Assembly: GCA_963514005.1 (NCBI GenBank)
Contig: OY740815.1
Coordinates: forward strand, 9,424,001-9,488,000
Reading direction: 5' to 3'
DNA length: 64,000 bases
Origin: Raja brachyura
Lineage: Eukaryota
Part shown: positions 25,273 through 37,990 of the stretch, piece after piece
Layout of the letters: each line of letters opens with the position of its first letter
Position numbering within the stretch: position 1 is the first letter of the stretch
Made by a program: the position numbers and the translations under genes
The notes under the pieces: generated by a model
What the model saw: only the letters and a program-made list of their open reading frames with translations
Database searches by the model: none
Told to the model about the DNA's origin: nothing

Positions 25273-25598
25273 GTATTGTACTTGGCACTGCACATAATAA
25301 CCAACCCCCTGGCCTGCAACCAGCCCTGCAACAATCAAAACCTCAGCTACAACAACCACAACTGTTGCTGCAGAAAAAGCAGACCCAAGCAGTGGCACAG
25401 CAGAAACAGGCACAGGCACAACCTCAGCCGCAAGCAACCGCGCAGCAGAAGCTGCCGCAAGCAACAGTGCAGCCTTCTCCAGTCACGCCACAAACTCCAG
25501 TGCAACCGCAGCTCTTCCTCCAGCAATCACAGCTTCTACAGCAGCAGCAGCACTACCAGCAGCAACAACAGCAGCAGCAGCAGATAATGGTGCAGCAG
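25273..25598 (+). CDS. AAK1: AAK1 Q/P/A-rich exon 1 (polyQ)
   Basis: tacag|GT..CAGCAG|gtaaaa, 326 nt, phase 1 to 0; GIVLGTAHNNQPPGLQPALQQ..QQQQHYQQQQQQQQQIMVQQ within ORF 25233..25631. Confidence 0.88.
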
Positions 25599-26229
25599 GT
25601 AAAAGTTACATGCAATTTAATGTGTTGTTAGCATTCTCATGGTAAGTCTCCTGCTCTATGTTTTCCGCCTTTGTGCTCACCTTGGTGAGGACATTTCAAA
25701 CTTGCAGCTCATGAAATGTATACGTTCCTATTTGTGGACCTCATCTGGAGATCATTTGGAGCTTGTGTTGGAAAAAACATTGGTGCAATAATTTTGCCCA
25801 TTGTGAACACTGAACATCAACAGAGAACATTCTTTTCAAATGAATGTGGCTTATAATGCATCTGAAAATTTCAGGCGTGTAATCACGGAACATTTGCTAA
25901 ATTCTTTGATTTGGTTATGGATTGCTCTGTTTCTGAACGCTGAGAACTGATAAAGATGCGGGTTTATGTTATGCTATTGTGGAGATGCTCATGGGGTTGA
26001 CAATCGGCTAAGATCTGAGAATCACGGAAAAACTACAAAGAAGAAGATTGTTCAGCATTTAATGCTTGATGTTTGAACGACCATTCATACCTACCCCAAT
26101 ATCCTTGGTAACTGTTCAGGTTCTTCATCCTCAACAACTGTCCAACACTTTCTTTAATGGAGCCATCTTTTATATAAACTTTTAAATAAACTCTTTTATT
26201 TAGGTAAAACAATACCATAGGGATATATG

Positions 26230-26640
26230 ATAGACACAAAATGCTGGACTAACTCAATGGGACAGGCCGCATCTCTGGAGAGAAAGAATGGGTGACGTTT
26301 CGGGATGAGACCCTTCTTCAGATGTCAGGAGAGTGGGTGGGACAGAGATAGAATGTAGCCGGAGACAGTAAGACTGGTGGGAGAACTGGGAAGGGGGAGG
26401 GGGTGAAGAGAGGGACAGCAAGGGCCATTTGAAGTTAGAGAAGTCAATGTTCATACCGCTGGAGTGTAAGCTACCCAAGCGAAATATGAGGTGCTGTTCC
26501 TGGAATTTGCGCTGGGTGAGATTGGGTATGTGTGGGGGAATTAAAGTGCTGAGCAACGGGGAGATCAGGTAGGTTAAGGCGGACTGCGCGGAGGTGTTCA
26601 GCGAAACCATCTCTGAGCCTGCATTTGGTCTCGCCAGTGT
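26230..26640 (-). mobile_element. Penelope-like element fragment (GIY-YIG C-terminus plus terminal repeat)
   Basis: LYTGETKCRLRDGFAEHLRAV..LPVAQHFNS and EQHLIFRLGSLH..GMNIDF; homologous to 58480-59152. Confidence 0.8.
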
Positions 26641-28224
26641 ACAAAAGTGTGTCAGTGATATAATACCTCCTCAATTTGTTTCTATATGTTTGGTACTTAA
26701 TTTTAAATTACAAACTGTGGCTCCACCCACTCACTGAAATGTGAAACTTTGTTCTTTCAAAATCCTTTCTCATCTTCCCATACTCTCTTCCCTATGGGTC
26801 AAGAGTCGAGAGTGTTATATTGTCATATGCCCCAGATAGAATATTGAAACTCTTACTGACTTGCAGCAGCACAACAGAATATGTAAAATAAGTACACTGT
26901 AAACTATATAATAAATGAGAAAAATAAGTTTAGTGTGTGTATATCTATACACGTACTCGCATATACACATATATACATATCATATATATATATTGTGGTG
27001 ATGCTAAATTTTGAAACGTCATTGTTAACTTCCATAATCAAGCTTTGCATCACTGAGTTAATGTGGTATCTAGACTATCACGTTCCTCTTATTTCCACCA
27101 TCCCCCAGGCCTTTATTTTTGTAACAAGTGGCCAGTGTGGTACTCTGAATGCCTTACCAAAGCCCACGCGCACCATTCTCTGGTATCTTTAATTAAAAGA
27201 GTTGGGGGAACTTGCTTCTCTACAGATAGAAACAGGGAAATAGTACCGTGGGCTATAGCAATTGAAATGGAAACCCACTTCTGACACCATGTAATGATTT
27301 GACTCGAATACACATTACGAAACAACACATATTTATTAAATCACTGACAGCATGGATCTGCAGACGTTACAGCTCCGAGCTGCTACTGCTACTAACGAGC
27401 ATAAGCAACTTCTCGATATTATAAAAGTGCATACTAGGCGGAGCTACTACTAACAAGCACTACAATTGGCTAGTATGAAATAGCCAGTCTACAATTTTGG
27501 CATGTGAAAGGAAGTTTGTGCATCAGCAGGTCATGCAAAGTTTTGCAATGCAATTATTTTTTAAGGTATTCTGGAGTGCTTTTTTTTTGTTTTGAATTCT
27601 GGAGACCCTTTATGTATTTTGGAATTTTACAAATGGAACTATGCAGCTTGCAAGTACATTACTAGCCCAAGAATGTTTATTTTATTAATTCAGATGAGGC
27701 TTTTGTGTTGGTGTACCAATGTGGCAATTTATTGGTCATGCACAAAGGTATAATAAGTTGCTGTGGCAATCAACTTTTATACTTGAAACAAAGTAATTTT
27801 TCTAAATATCCCCTATGTGTATTCGTGCAAAGTGATGTACAGCAACTTCAATAGTTAATTATATTAAAAAGGAAGACAAGTGTAGAGAAACAACATCATC
27901 ATTGTCATTGTTTATGATTTATTTTCTTCATATTAACAATCATTGGTCTGGTCTACATTTTATTCTGTTTGATTGGGTTTTCTATTTTACAGAATGCTTA
28001 CAATTTCACCATCTATTTGTCAACTCATTGATCATGACTGCCCAGTGTATATAGAAGTCATGCACCAGTGTATAAATAAGTCCTGCAGAACATTATTTTG
28101 CCAACTCATTTAATTACCTCTGCCATTAGTAGTTGGCTAGACTTATGATTATATTGCTAGCATTCCTGGTCCTGAGTTAGAAGACTAGGTTTAGGTTGTG
28201 GGTTTGAACAACTTTAATTTAATT

Positions 28225-28525
28225 TTGTTGAGTTTAGTTTAGTTTACACAAAAAGTATGGAAACAGGCCCTTCGGCCCACCAAGTCCATGCCAACCATCG
28301 ATCACCCATACACTATCCTACTTTTGCATCGTACACACTAGGGGCAATTTACAGAAGTCAATTTAACCTACAAACCTGTACATCTTTGGAAGGTGGGAGG
28401 AAACTGGAGCATCCGGAGAAAACCCATGCGGTCACAGAGAGAACATACAAACTGCACAAAGACAGCAGCCGTGGTCAGGATCGAACCCGGGTTTCTGGAG
28501 ATGTGAGATAGCAGCTCTACCGCTG
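28225..28525 (-). mobile_element. V-SINE (HE1-like)
   Basis: (tttag)n tail, ggaaacaggcccttcggccc, gatcgaacccggg B box on the minus strand. Confidence 0.8.
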
Positions 28526-29041
28526 TGTTCTCTGTTCAGATCGAACATATAATTTAGACTGACAAAATGTGCAATTGGAATAAGGCACATGTGCAATTGG
28601 AATAAGGACTGCATGCCTTGGCCAGAAACCCTCTCGTAACTTATGATATTAAAACCAAAAAGTCATCTTGTTCTTGCCTATAAACCTCTGGCCCACTGTC
28701 TTTATTTAAAAATGTCACAACACGGCAAACTATTTTATATTGTTTAAATCATTTTAAGATTTCATTTCAATTATGCACTGAATAAACACGTCTCATTCCC
28801 TATACCTCAATCTGCTTGCTCCAGATTTATGTTTATTTTTCTGCAGCCAAGCTTATCCTTTGACAGCATGTGATAAAGCAGACTTGTGGTGCCTGTATTT
28901 ATACTGGTCAGTCATCATCTGGCATTGGTGAAATCCAAGTTGTCAACTTATTCCTTTTCTTTTTTCATTATTTTATGCTTTATATTATTGATTTCTTTTA
29001 ATTGATTTTGAGTGTTTTATTTGCATGTGTTTGTGCGCCAG

Positions 29042-29263
29042 TACCACGCGATACAGCAAGCCCAGCAACAAGTAATGCAACATCAGACGATGCAGAATTT
29101 CTATCTCCAGCAACACCAGCTTTCCACAGCCATGCAGCAGATGCAGTTTGCAAGCCAGCACGCTGCTAATGTCCAGCCGCAGCTGACTGCAGCACACACA
29201 CAATTGCCCCTTCCGCAGCAACATGCTGCAGGTGCACAAGCAGCCTCTCAGGAACAGGGAATG
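29042..29263 (+). CDS. AAK1: AAK1 Q/P/A-rich exon 2
   Basis: gccag|TAC..ATG|gtaaga, 222 nt, phase 0-0; YHAIQQAQQQVMQHQTMQNFYLQQ..ASQEQGM. Confidence 0.88.
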
Positions 29264-29389
29264 GTAAGAGTTTGCAAATTATGCCTTTAAACCCTTATAA
29301 TACAAACATTTGCAAAGAAGTGAGATGTGCCTTTTATGGGCAGATGAGTGGGAAGCATGGACCAAGAGACCAATACACCACCTAAATCA

Positions 29390-29720
29390 GCAGCGCCAGG
29401 GCACAGATGCTTCCTCACAGCTCCAGTAAGCTAGGTTCAATCCTGACCTCCATCTTGCCCGTGTGGAGTTTGCCCATTCTGCCCGTGACCATGTGGGTTT
29501 TCTCCAGTTGCTCTGGTTTCCTCCCATATTCCAAAGACATACAGTTTGGTTGGTTAGCTGAGTATCATATATTGCTCCAAGTATGAAGTAGATAATATGG
29601 TAGACTCATCGGCTGATTGACGGATTAGTATTGAGAAGGGGTTACAGGGAAAATGAGCGGAGAATGGGATTGCTCATTGAGCAAGCATAAAATTGATGCG
29701 CCAAAATGCCCTTCTCCTAT
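29390..29720 (+). mobile_element. Older V-SINE
   Basis: ggttcaatcctgacc..gtgtggagtttgcccattct..cccatattccaaagac. Confidence 0.65.
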
Positions 29721-30114
29721 GTCATAAGGAAACAAGAGAATATATTGTTACCCCAACAACTATACAAATATGAAATTTACACCAAATTAAAGTTTTCATT
29801 AACAAAACAAATATTGCTTATAATTGTGCAGCTTATGTTGCTGTTTTCAATGAAGCAATTTTGTTCACTCCGTCCCCCTGTGGTCATCTTTCTAATCCAG
29901 GCTATGTCTAATCATTTCCATTTTCATACAGTCAGCGTTCATACCTAAAAAAATAAAAAAGAGGTATTTCTCTGATTTCAATCCCTAGTCCACACAAGTC
30001 ACAAAATTGGCCAAATCTGATTTTTCCAAATGATAATGTTACATGGAAATTATAGGCAATAAAATGAATCAGCTTCACAACTGCTTAGACAAAACTGTCT
30101 GGGCTATTTTGTGA

Positions 30115-30425
30115 TTTAGTTTGGTTTATTATAGCATGCATTGAGGTACAGTGAAAAGCTTTTGTTGCGTGCTAACCAGTCAGCGGAGAGACTATGCATG
30201 ACTACCATCGAGCCATCCACTGTGTCCAGGTACAGGATAAAGGGAATAACATGAATAACGTTCAGTACATGGTAAAATCCGATCGAGGATGGTGCGAGGG
30301 TCTCCAATGAAGTAGATAGTAGCTCAGGACTGTTCTCTAGTTGTTGGTAGGATGGTTCAGTTACCTGTTATCTGCTCGACAACTGAACCATCCTATCAAG
30401 AACGAGAGAGCAGTCCTGAGCTACC
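30115..30425 (-). mobile_element. Rex1-type LINE 3' UTR copy
   Basis: gaggtacagtgaaaagcttttgttgcgtgctaaccagtcagcgg; family also at about 34520, 43615, 53725 and 63200. Confidence 0.6.
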
Positions 30426-30604
30426 AGAAATCAGATGCTACACATGAAAACTTTCACGGCGTTTTTGTTTTCTTAATCCTGGAAACAAAAGCAGAAATCA
30501 GAATAAAAGTGCGCAGATTGCATTTGGATACTGTATCATTATAGATCAGCATGTGTTTAACAGTTGTTGTTCATTTGGTGAAACTGATTTGTGCGGCAAG
30601 TTTA

Positions 30605-30915
30605 CGCGGCGGTAGAGTTGCTGCCTTCTAGTTATTACAGAGCCAGAGACCCAGGTTTGATCCTGGCTACAGGTGCTTGTCTGTATGGAGTATGTATATT
30701 CACCCCATGACCTGCGTGGGTTTTCTCCGACAATTTCGGTTTCCTACCACACTCCAAAGACGTGCAGGTTTGTAGGTTAATTGGTTTGGTATGAATGTAA
30801 AAAAATATCCCTACTGTAGGATGGTGTTAATGTGCGGGGATCGCTGGTCGGTGCGGACTTGGTGGGCCGAAAGGGGTTGCTTCCACGCTCTATCTATCTC
30901 TAAACCAAACCAAAC
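30605..30915 (+). mobile_element. V-SINE (HE1-like)
   Basis: gcggtagagttgctgcc..ccaggtttgatcc..tgtaggttaattgg..(ccaaa)n. Confidence 0.8.
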
Positions 30916-31014
30916 AATCTCAAGCTCTCCCAAAGCCACATTTTGACCACTGTTTGTGATTGTAGGCGTATGTTGTGTAATGCACTGATTTCTGCTGACT
31001 GGTTTCCCTTGCAG

Positions 31015-31262
31015 ACCCAGGTTCCACTGCCTCAGCAGCCGCAGCCACCGCCTCCACCAGCACCGCCGCAGGTGGCATCAAACCAGTCTCCAAAACTGGT
31101 GCCGGTGTCTGTGACTCCTCCGTTGTCCCCCAAGACTCAGCGTGCAGGGCACAGGAGGATTCTGAGCGATGTCACGTACAGTGCAGTATTTGGAGTTCCA
31201 GTCAGTAAATCAACCCAGCTGCTGGCTGCTGCTGCTGCCGAAGCTGGTTTAAACAAATCCAA
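31015..31262 (+). CDS. AAK1: AAK1 exon (GHRRILSD motif)
   Basis: tgcag|ACC..TCCAA|gtaggt, 248 nt; [57 protein letters not shown]; a second in-frame CAG acceptor is possible at 31020. Confidence 0.93.
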
Positions 31263-32259
31263 GTAGGTTTAATTTATTTTGATAATGAACAGTCATTTCC
31301 TTGCCTGCTGTAATTATAATGATTTGTCTTGAAGGAATTGCAATACATTTTATGGTACCAGCAGACAATATAATCTATTATGACTCCTTAAAGTCCCTTC
31401 ATATCTTTCTTTATAGAACATAGAACAGTATTGTACAACAATAAGCTCTTTGGCCCACAATATCTGTACCGAACATGATGCCAAGACCATTTCTATCTAC
31501 CTGTGCATCATGCATATCCACTTGCCTTTCCAAGTTTCTATTATTTCCGCCTCAATCACCACCCCCAGTTTGTCTCCCTCAAGTGTCGTTATTCAGCTGG
31601 CTTTTTAAATGCACCATGCAGACTGTCTATTCCATTCCATTCCGTAACGAGTTACCAATTCACACCTCTTGAAGAGCAAATGGTAATTCTAGACCCCAAG
31701 TGATGTCCCTGTTTAGGAATGGAGTACTCAGTATTATATTTTTTTATTTTTCTATGGGTGTACGGAAACTTAATTATTTCTTTTATGTAAAGCATTTTGG
31801 TTTCAATGCAAGTTGATTTAAACGTGCTATATAAATAAAATGTACTTACTTACTATATCTGTCAGTACTTCAATGCATTATCACTGGCTCTTTTGTTGAA
31901 CCGCGATCTCACTCAAAAACACAATCCCTTCACCCCTCATGTTCAATAGTGCTTTATTGTCACATGTACAAAACACAGTGAATTTCTTGTGTAAAAAGGA
32001 ACAGCAGGTGCAGGTTTAAACCGAAGATAGACAGAAAATGCTGGAGTTACTGTATCAAAGTTCGATCCACGGACTAGGTCTTATGGAGTTGGTCTTACCA
32101 ACTGTACCTAGTCCAGGAATACTTGGGGGAATTCCTAGTCCAATCTAAGGCATTCAGCTCTGCGTGGACCATAAATTGAATTTGGACCATTCCTGGGAAT
32201 ACACGGGGAATACATTTATGTACAAAACCATTGGGTTGTTCTTAACTGAATTTAGTGAC

Positions 32260-32505
32260 AGAACATAGAAACATAGAAATTAGGTGCAGGAGTAGGCCAT
32301 TCGGCCCTTCGAGCCTGCACCGCCATTCAATATGATCATGGCTGATCATCCAACTCAGTATCCCGTACCTGCCTTCTCTCTATACCCTCTGATCCCCTTA
32401 GCCACAAGGGCCACATCTAACTCCCTCTTAAATATAACCAATGAACTGGCCTCAACTACCCTCTGTGGCAGAGAGTTCCAGAGACCCACCACTCTGTGTG
32501 TGAGA
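32260..32505 (-). mobile_element. CR1 3' end immediately upstream of an AAK1 acceptor
   Basis: acatagaaacatagaaa octamer tail plus ggtgcaggagtaggccattcgg. Confidence 0.8.
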
Positions 32506-32572
32506 AGGGTGTGTTTAATACGTTGAAACCAACCAAAGTAAGGTATTCACCACAAGATCTTTTTCCAATCAG

Positions 32573-32730
32573 GTCAGCAACCACCACTCCCTCAGGCTCT
32601 CCTAGGACCTCCCAACAAAATGTGTACAATCCTCCTGATGTTTCTACATGGAACCCATTTGCTGATGACAATTTCTCTAAACTTACTGCAGAGGAACTAC
32701 TCAACAAGGACTTTGAAAAGCTCAAAGAGA
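32573..32730 (+). CDS. AAK1: AAK1 exon (WNPF-acidic motif)
   Basis: atcag|G..GAGA|gtaagt, 158 nt; [52 protein letters not shown]. Confidence 0.95.
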
Positions 32731-32769
32731 GTAAGTATAAAATTGAAGAGTACTTCACAAGAGTAGTGG

Positions 32770-33057
32770 GCAGCACAGTGGCGCAGCGGTAGAGTCGCTG
32801 ACTTACAGAGACCCGGGTTCAATCCTGACTGTGGATGCTTGTCTGTACGGTATTTGATGCTCTCACCACGACCTGTGTGGTTTTATCACTGAGTGCTCCG
32901 GTTGTCTCCCACTCTAAAGATGTACAGGTCTGTAGGGTAATTGGCTTGGTAAAACTGTAAATTGCCCATGTGTAGGATAGTGTTAATGTACGGGATCGTC
33001 AGGGACTCGGTGGGCCGAAGGACCTATTTCCGTGCTTTAGCTCTAAACTAAACTAAA
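32770..33057 (+). mobile_element. V-SINE (HE1-like)
   Basis: gcacagtggcgcagcggtagag..ccgggttcaatcc..(ctaaa)n. Confidence 0.8.
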
Positions 33058-34838
33058 GTAATCCAGTCAGTGTAACCCCCGCCACCTTTCATTGTATCAC
33101 CAAAGTTTATTCTCCAATTATCAAATTATTTTTTGAAGGTTAGATCTGTCTCCCCACTTATGAATCGTCATGAATTAGTAATTTTGTACATCCTGAAAAT
33201 CTTTCAAATGAAGCAGCTTAATTAATTCCGAAAGCAGACAAAGAAAATTCACGTGACCAAATTAAGCGTTCAATCCAGTATTATTTTAGCACTTGCGGAT
33301 GAATGATGGTGTAACTTTGATCTTTCGTAGAACAAGGGGAAAATGTAGTGGTCATTAGCATAATTGAGAGTGAGTGTGGCTACTTCTGTATGGATAACCA
33401 TATTTTTATTCCTGTTTACTTCACAAAGACACCACAATTCCAAGCATGCTGTCAATAAACACGAACAATTTAAATCCTGTGTTTTTCCGAGTGTACCTGG
33501 GCTCTTGGCATCATTAGAAGAAGTGCTGCTGCTGCAGCTTGAGCAATGCAGCAACTATTGATTCTTAACTATTCCCAATTGCACTGTTGAAACTGGTTGG
33601 AACCCGTGGAACTGAGCAGATTGATGTTCTTTAATGCAAGTCTCACGGTGCTTTTGTTAACGGGTAGAGCTACATTTGAGTAAAAGCACATTTTTGTAAG
33701 TTGCCTAGCAGATCTACATACTCCCCTTGGAGATCCTTATGCTGGTTGTGAACTGAGGCATGCGTTTTTTACATTCCGTGCCATGTGAGGGCAGCCATCA
33801 GAGAGATTAGCTTTGGAAACTACACTAACAGAGACAGAAAGTAACGAATCACAGAAAATTGCTCCATTTTCTTTTTAGTTCTTTTGAACAGAAGTTTTGT
33901 TTTGATTGGAAAATATATTTGGAAGGCGTTTGGGGGATGGATTATTTTGAGGTCAAATGAATTGAGCGAGGTAGATGTGTGAAGAATATTAGGAAGATGG
34001 TGCTATAATGGTTGAGTATTATGCCTTTCCAGTGAAGCAGTGCAAAACCCAATTAATCGATTGTTCACTATTGTGCACTACAGTGTACTGGAAGACCATG
34101 AAGAGACTTGGACAGAATTATCTATGACCTTGATTACTAATTTCATTCCATTTTTATTTGTCTTTGATTTTTCTGTCTGTTTTTGCTTTCCCTCTTAACT
34201 TTGTGAACATTCTTTGAATCATTTTTGTTTCTCATTTAATTCTATTTTTGTTTTGAGGGATAATGAAAATGAAAATTTTGATTTAAATTGCACTCTTTAA
34301 GTGTCCCAAAATACTAAATGATGGAACAAATGTTGAATGAAACAACAAATCATCAACATTATGTCAACATCCATGATAATCCATCAATTATTGAAATGAC
34401 TATTAAATGGAATGTAAAAAAATAGTTATTAATCAGTTCTATTGGAAAAGAAAGTATATTCTTTATTACAGCGTTCCTATTCCTTGAGTACGTGTGTATT
34501 TTTGACTTGTTTAAATTATTTTAGTTTAGTTTATTGTCACGTGTACTGGGGCACAGTGAAAAGCTTTTGTTGTGTGCTGAAAGACAGTACATGATCACAA
34601 GCAGGCCATTCACAGTGTATAGATACATGATAAATGGAATAACGCAAATACTGTTTAGAGCAAGATAAACCCAGATAAAGATTAAATTAACCACAGTCTA
34701 GCATCTTCCCTATAGATGTGCTGTGATTAATTGGTGAACAAATGCTTTTCATTCTAGTGATTCTGTTTTTTGCCTTTGGTGCAAAACATTTATTTAAAGT
34801 GGACAGCATTGTTATTTAATAGTTTCTGAATTTCACAG

Positions 34839-34952
34839 GCAAGGTTGAGAAGACTGATGCAGCCGCTGAGAGTCTCGTGCCAGGGCTTCCAGCTACGCAG
34901 GCCCAGGTGCAGGCAGATGCTTTTGGAATAGATCCCTTCTCCTCTGGGACAG
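34839..34952 (+). CDS. AAK1: AAK1 C-terminal-region exon
   Basis: cacag|GC..ACAG|gttagt, 114 nt, phase 1-1; SKVEKTDAAAESLVPGLPATQAQVQADAFGIDPFSSGT. Confidence 0.88.
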
Positions 34953-35232
34953 GTTAGTATGCAAACCAATCTTAAGCGTAGCAGTTTTACATTCTAAAAT
35001 GGTGCTGCGTTCCATGTTGAAAATGCGGCCAGTGCACAGAAGGTCAGGCACCACGATAATAATAGCAGGTTTATGTTGGTTTGAGTGACGGCCGTCCTTA
35101 AGGGAAGTGACTTGAAACAAAAGAAAATGAAGGGAGTTGATCAACCTACACATTATGTCATGTGTTCAACATTTAGTTAATTCTTTGAACTTGCATTTTG
35201 GCATAATGTCTCAAATCAAAAAACATTGGTAT

Positions 35233-35556
35233 AGAAACATAATAAATAGGTGCAGGAGTAGGCCATTCGGCCCTTCGAGCCTGCACCGCCATTCAATATG
35301 ATCATGACTGATCATCCAACTCAGTATCCTGTACCTCCCTTCTCTCCATACCCTCTGATCCCTTTAGAGGATCAGAGGGCCACATCTAACTCTTAAATAT
35401 AGCCAATGAACTGGCCTCAACTACCTTCTGTGGCAGAGAATTCCACAGATTCACCACTCTCTGTGTGAAAAATGATTTTCTCATCTTGGTCCTAAAAGAC
35501 TTCCCCCTTATCCTTAAACTGTGACCCCTTGTTCGGGACTTCCCCAACATCGGGAA
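35233..35556 (-). mobile_element. CR1 3' end
   Basis: Near-identical to the 32260 copy, extending to gacttccccaacatcgggaac. Confidence 0.8.
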
Positions 35557-35734
35557 CTGTTATGGGCCTGTAGGACCGAATGAATCTGTATCAACAGTAA
35601 AATTGAAGTCAGCGACCGAAGATAGATGGATCATTTTTATGATGTATAATTGTTGTCTGCTTCTTTCCTCCCTCTTTGCTGCTCCTTGTTGCCTTCTGCT
35701 CTTCTACCTATTCTCATCTACTACATTGGTTCAG

Positions 35735-35830
35735 CTGAAAAGTCTTCAGAACTACTGGTTCCAGACGCTGCCATTCCGCCAATTAACGTGCCCGATCCAT
35801 TCACTCCTGTACCATCATCTGACCCGCCAG
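35735..35830 (+). CDS. AAK1: AAK1 C-terminal-region exon (DPF)
   Basis: ttcag|CT..CCAG|gtaaat, 96 nt, phase 1-1; AEKSSELLVPDAAIPPINVPDPFTPVPSSDPP. Confidence 0.87.
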
Positions 35831-37770
35831 GTAAATAATTACTGGGTGTGCCTTTGGATCCCATCCCGAGCTGAAGCTGGGATAGTTGAGACCTTTCAGA
35901 TTGCAGCTAACAAGTTGTGTTTATCAGGTTGAGCAAGGCTATTATTAACAGTTTTCTGGAGCTCAAGATCGTGAGGGGTTGTTTTAAATTGACCAGTTCG
36001 CCTCCCTTTCATCTCTTTAGAGTTATGAGCCCTGCTCCCAAAGATGAAGACACTTATCCGTCACCTCACTTAAAGCCTGTTCCTCTCTTGTTATTGAGCA
36101 TTTAAATATGTATACTTCATCGTGAGGTTCTGTAGCAAATTAATCAAACATGGGCTTTATAACATAAACCTAAGCTTCTGCCAATCCAAAATCCAAAAGC
36201 CTCAGAAACATTTAACCATACCCTAAATACAAATCAAATTTAGCTCTGGGTCTTGAGAAATGTTCCCGAGGTGAATAAACTGCACAATACTGTCTGGCTA
36301 CCAACAATGTGGAGAGGTCAAATTGGTTTTTGGATTGGTAACTTTCTACAGGAGAGAGTTACTCAATGCTGCTAAGTACTGGAAAGAGAATAGCTGAACC
36401 TTCCCATGGTGACACATTGCACTATTACATTCCAAGCTGGGGAAAAAAAACACTGCTCAGAACAAAGATGTAAGGTTTCAATCCTCTGGTCGTTTCTGTG
36501 CCTTTAAGTGAGAGTGTACAAGTCTTTCTGCCTAACCTCTTTTTATTCCTGCTTGCATTTTCGGAGGCAGTGATTATACCTGCTGTTATGACCACATTGC
36601 ACAGTGCTAAAAACAGCTCCTGCAGGCCCATACTTCCCATCAAACAGCAACCTGCTTTAGAAGTCGCTTAACACTGAGAACAGCATGTAACACAAGCTTG
36701 AAGCATTTGGAACATCAGAGAAGGCCAAGCTTTGTTGCCTTGCCTGTAGTTCAAGGTAATATTCCTGTAACATATCAGTGAAGGCTGAATATTGTACAAA
36801 GCTTAAGAGACCCTGTTTCGAACATGGGACTTGATCTACCCTGCAGAGTTCACATTGGGAATGGTAATCAGAAAATGTTTCAGGTGTGGAGCGACCCTCT
36901 GTGTTTCTATTCAAGGAACAATGTTGGGTCACAGTTTTGCTGTCGAACAATCACTTCATTGCCGACAAAAAGCATAATGAATTTGCAACATTCCCCTAGG
37001 TTCAAACTCAAGCTATCTTTACGATCTGTGTTGCTGCCATTTTTGTGCGGGAGAGAAAACATAAAAGTGTCCCAAAGTGCCAGTTAGTGACAGAATCCAA
37101 GGTTTTAGCTATCTATCAAATGACGCATCTTAAACAATTTTAAATGCACTCTGCTTTTTAGATTCTGTAATCCAATAATGCCTCTGATTTTGTTTTTGCC
37201 CTGGAATTTGGCTGTTGATTAAATTCTCAATCTGGTTCGTACAAAATCAATCATGGAAGATCAATATGAGACTTTTCCCTTGGGCTCGAATTAATATTGT
37301 CACCTGCAATGTTGGAAGTTAATGGCTGATATGTGGGACATTCACCAGTGTTTTATTCTGAGGCATTGCATCCTATTCCGTCTTATTTTTACATTGAGAC
37401 TATGCATTGGAAGCTTTTTTTTCCCATTCTACTTTTACACTCCTTGCTATTAAAGTGGGTTTTTTTATAAAGCAAAAGTAAGGCACTGTAGCTTTGTGCT
37501 GAAATCCATAAAACTACACATTGGAATTAACTTGCATTCCCTTCGACGTGCCTATGACACTCTGTTCCAATTCTTTGACATATTGAACATAATGAACAGT
37601 GCCTGCCTGTGTTGACACTTGATTTTTATCCCACCAAATAAAAGCATCCAAAGTTCACTGATTTTCTAAGTACACAGCAAAACACAAGTAATCAGCTGAC
37701 TAAAGTGTGTTACTATAATAATAATAATAATAATAATGGATTCCTGAACAAGCTTTGCCATTTGGACGCA

Positions 37771-37990
37771 CAAGAGACTGCAGATGTTGGAATCTTGAGC
37801 AAAAACAAAATGCTGGAACCTGGAGTAATTCAATGGGTCAGGCAGCATCTGTGGATGAAATGGATAGACGACTGTTCGGCCGGACTCCTTTCCTTCAGTC
37901 TTGAAAAAAAGGTTCCAAACCTGAAGCATCGTTTGTCCACTTCCCCCATAGATGCTGCTGACCCGCTGATTTCCTCAAGCAGTTTGCTTT
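37771..37990. mobile_element. Palindromic Penelope-derived short element (degenerate)
   Basis: actgcagatg..caaaatgctgga..ggtcaggcagcatct with inverted agatgctgctgacccgctga. Confidence 0.6.

Noticed and set aside
26994-27329. Possible solo LTR (TGTGGTG..CAACACA)
   Set aside because: No clean 4-6 bp TSD and no second copy in the window
34116-34257. 140-nt AG-free pyrimidine-rich zone ending in an AG
   Set aside because: In-frame stop after about 9 codons, AT-rich downstream sequence and no good donor
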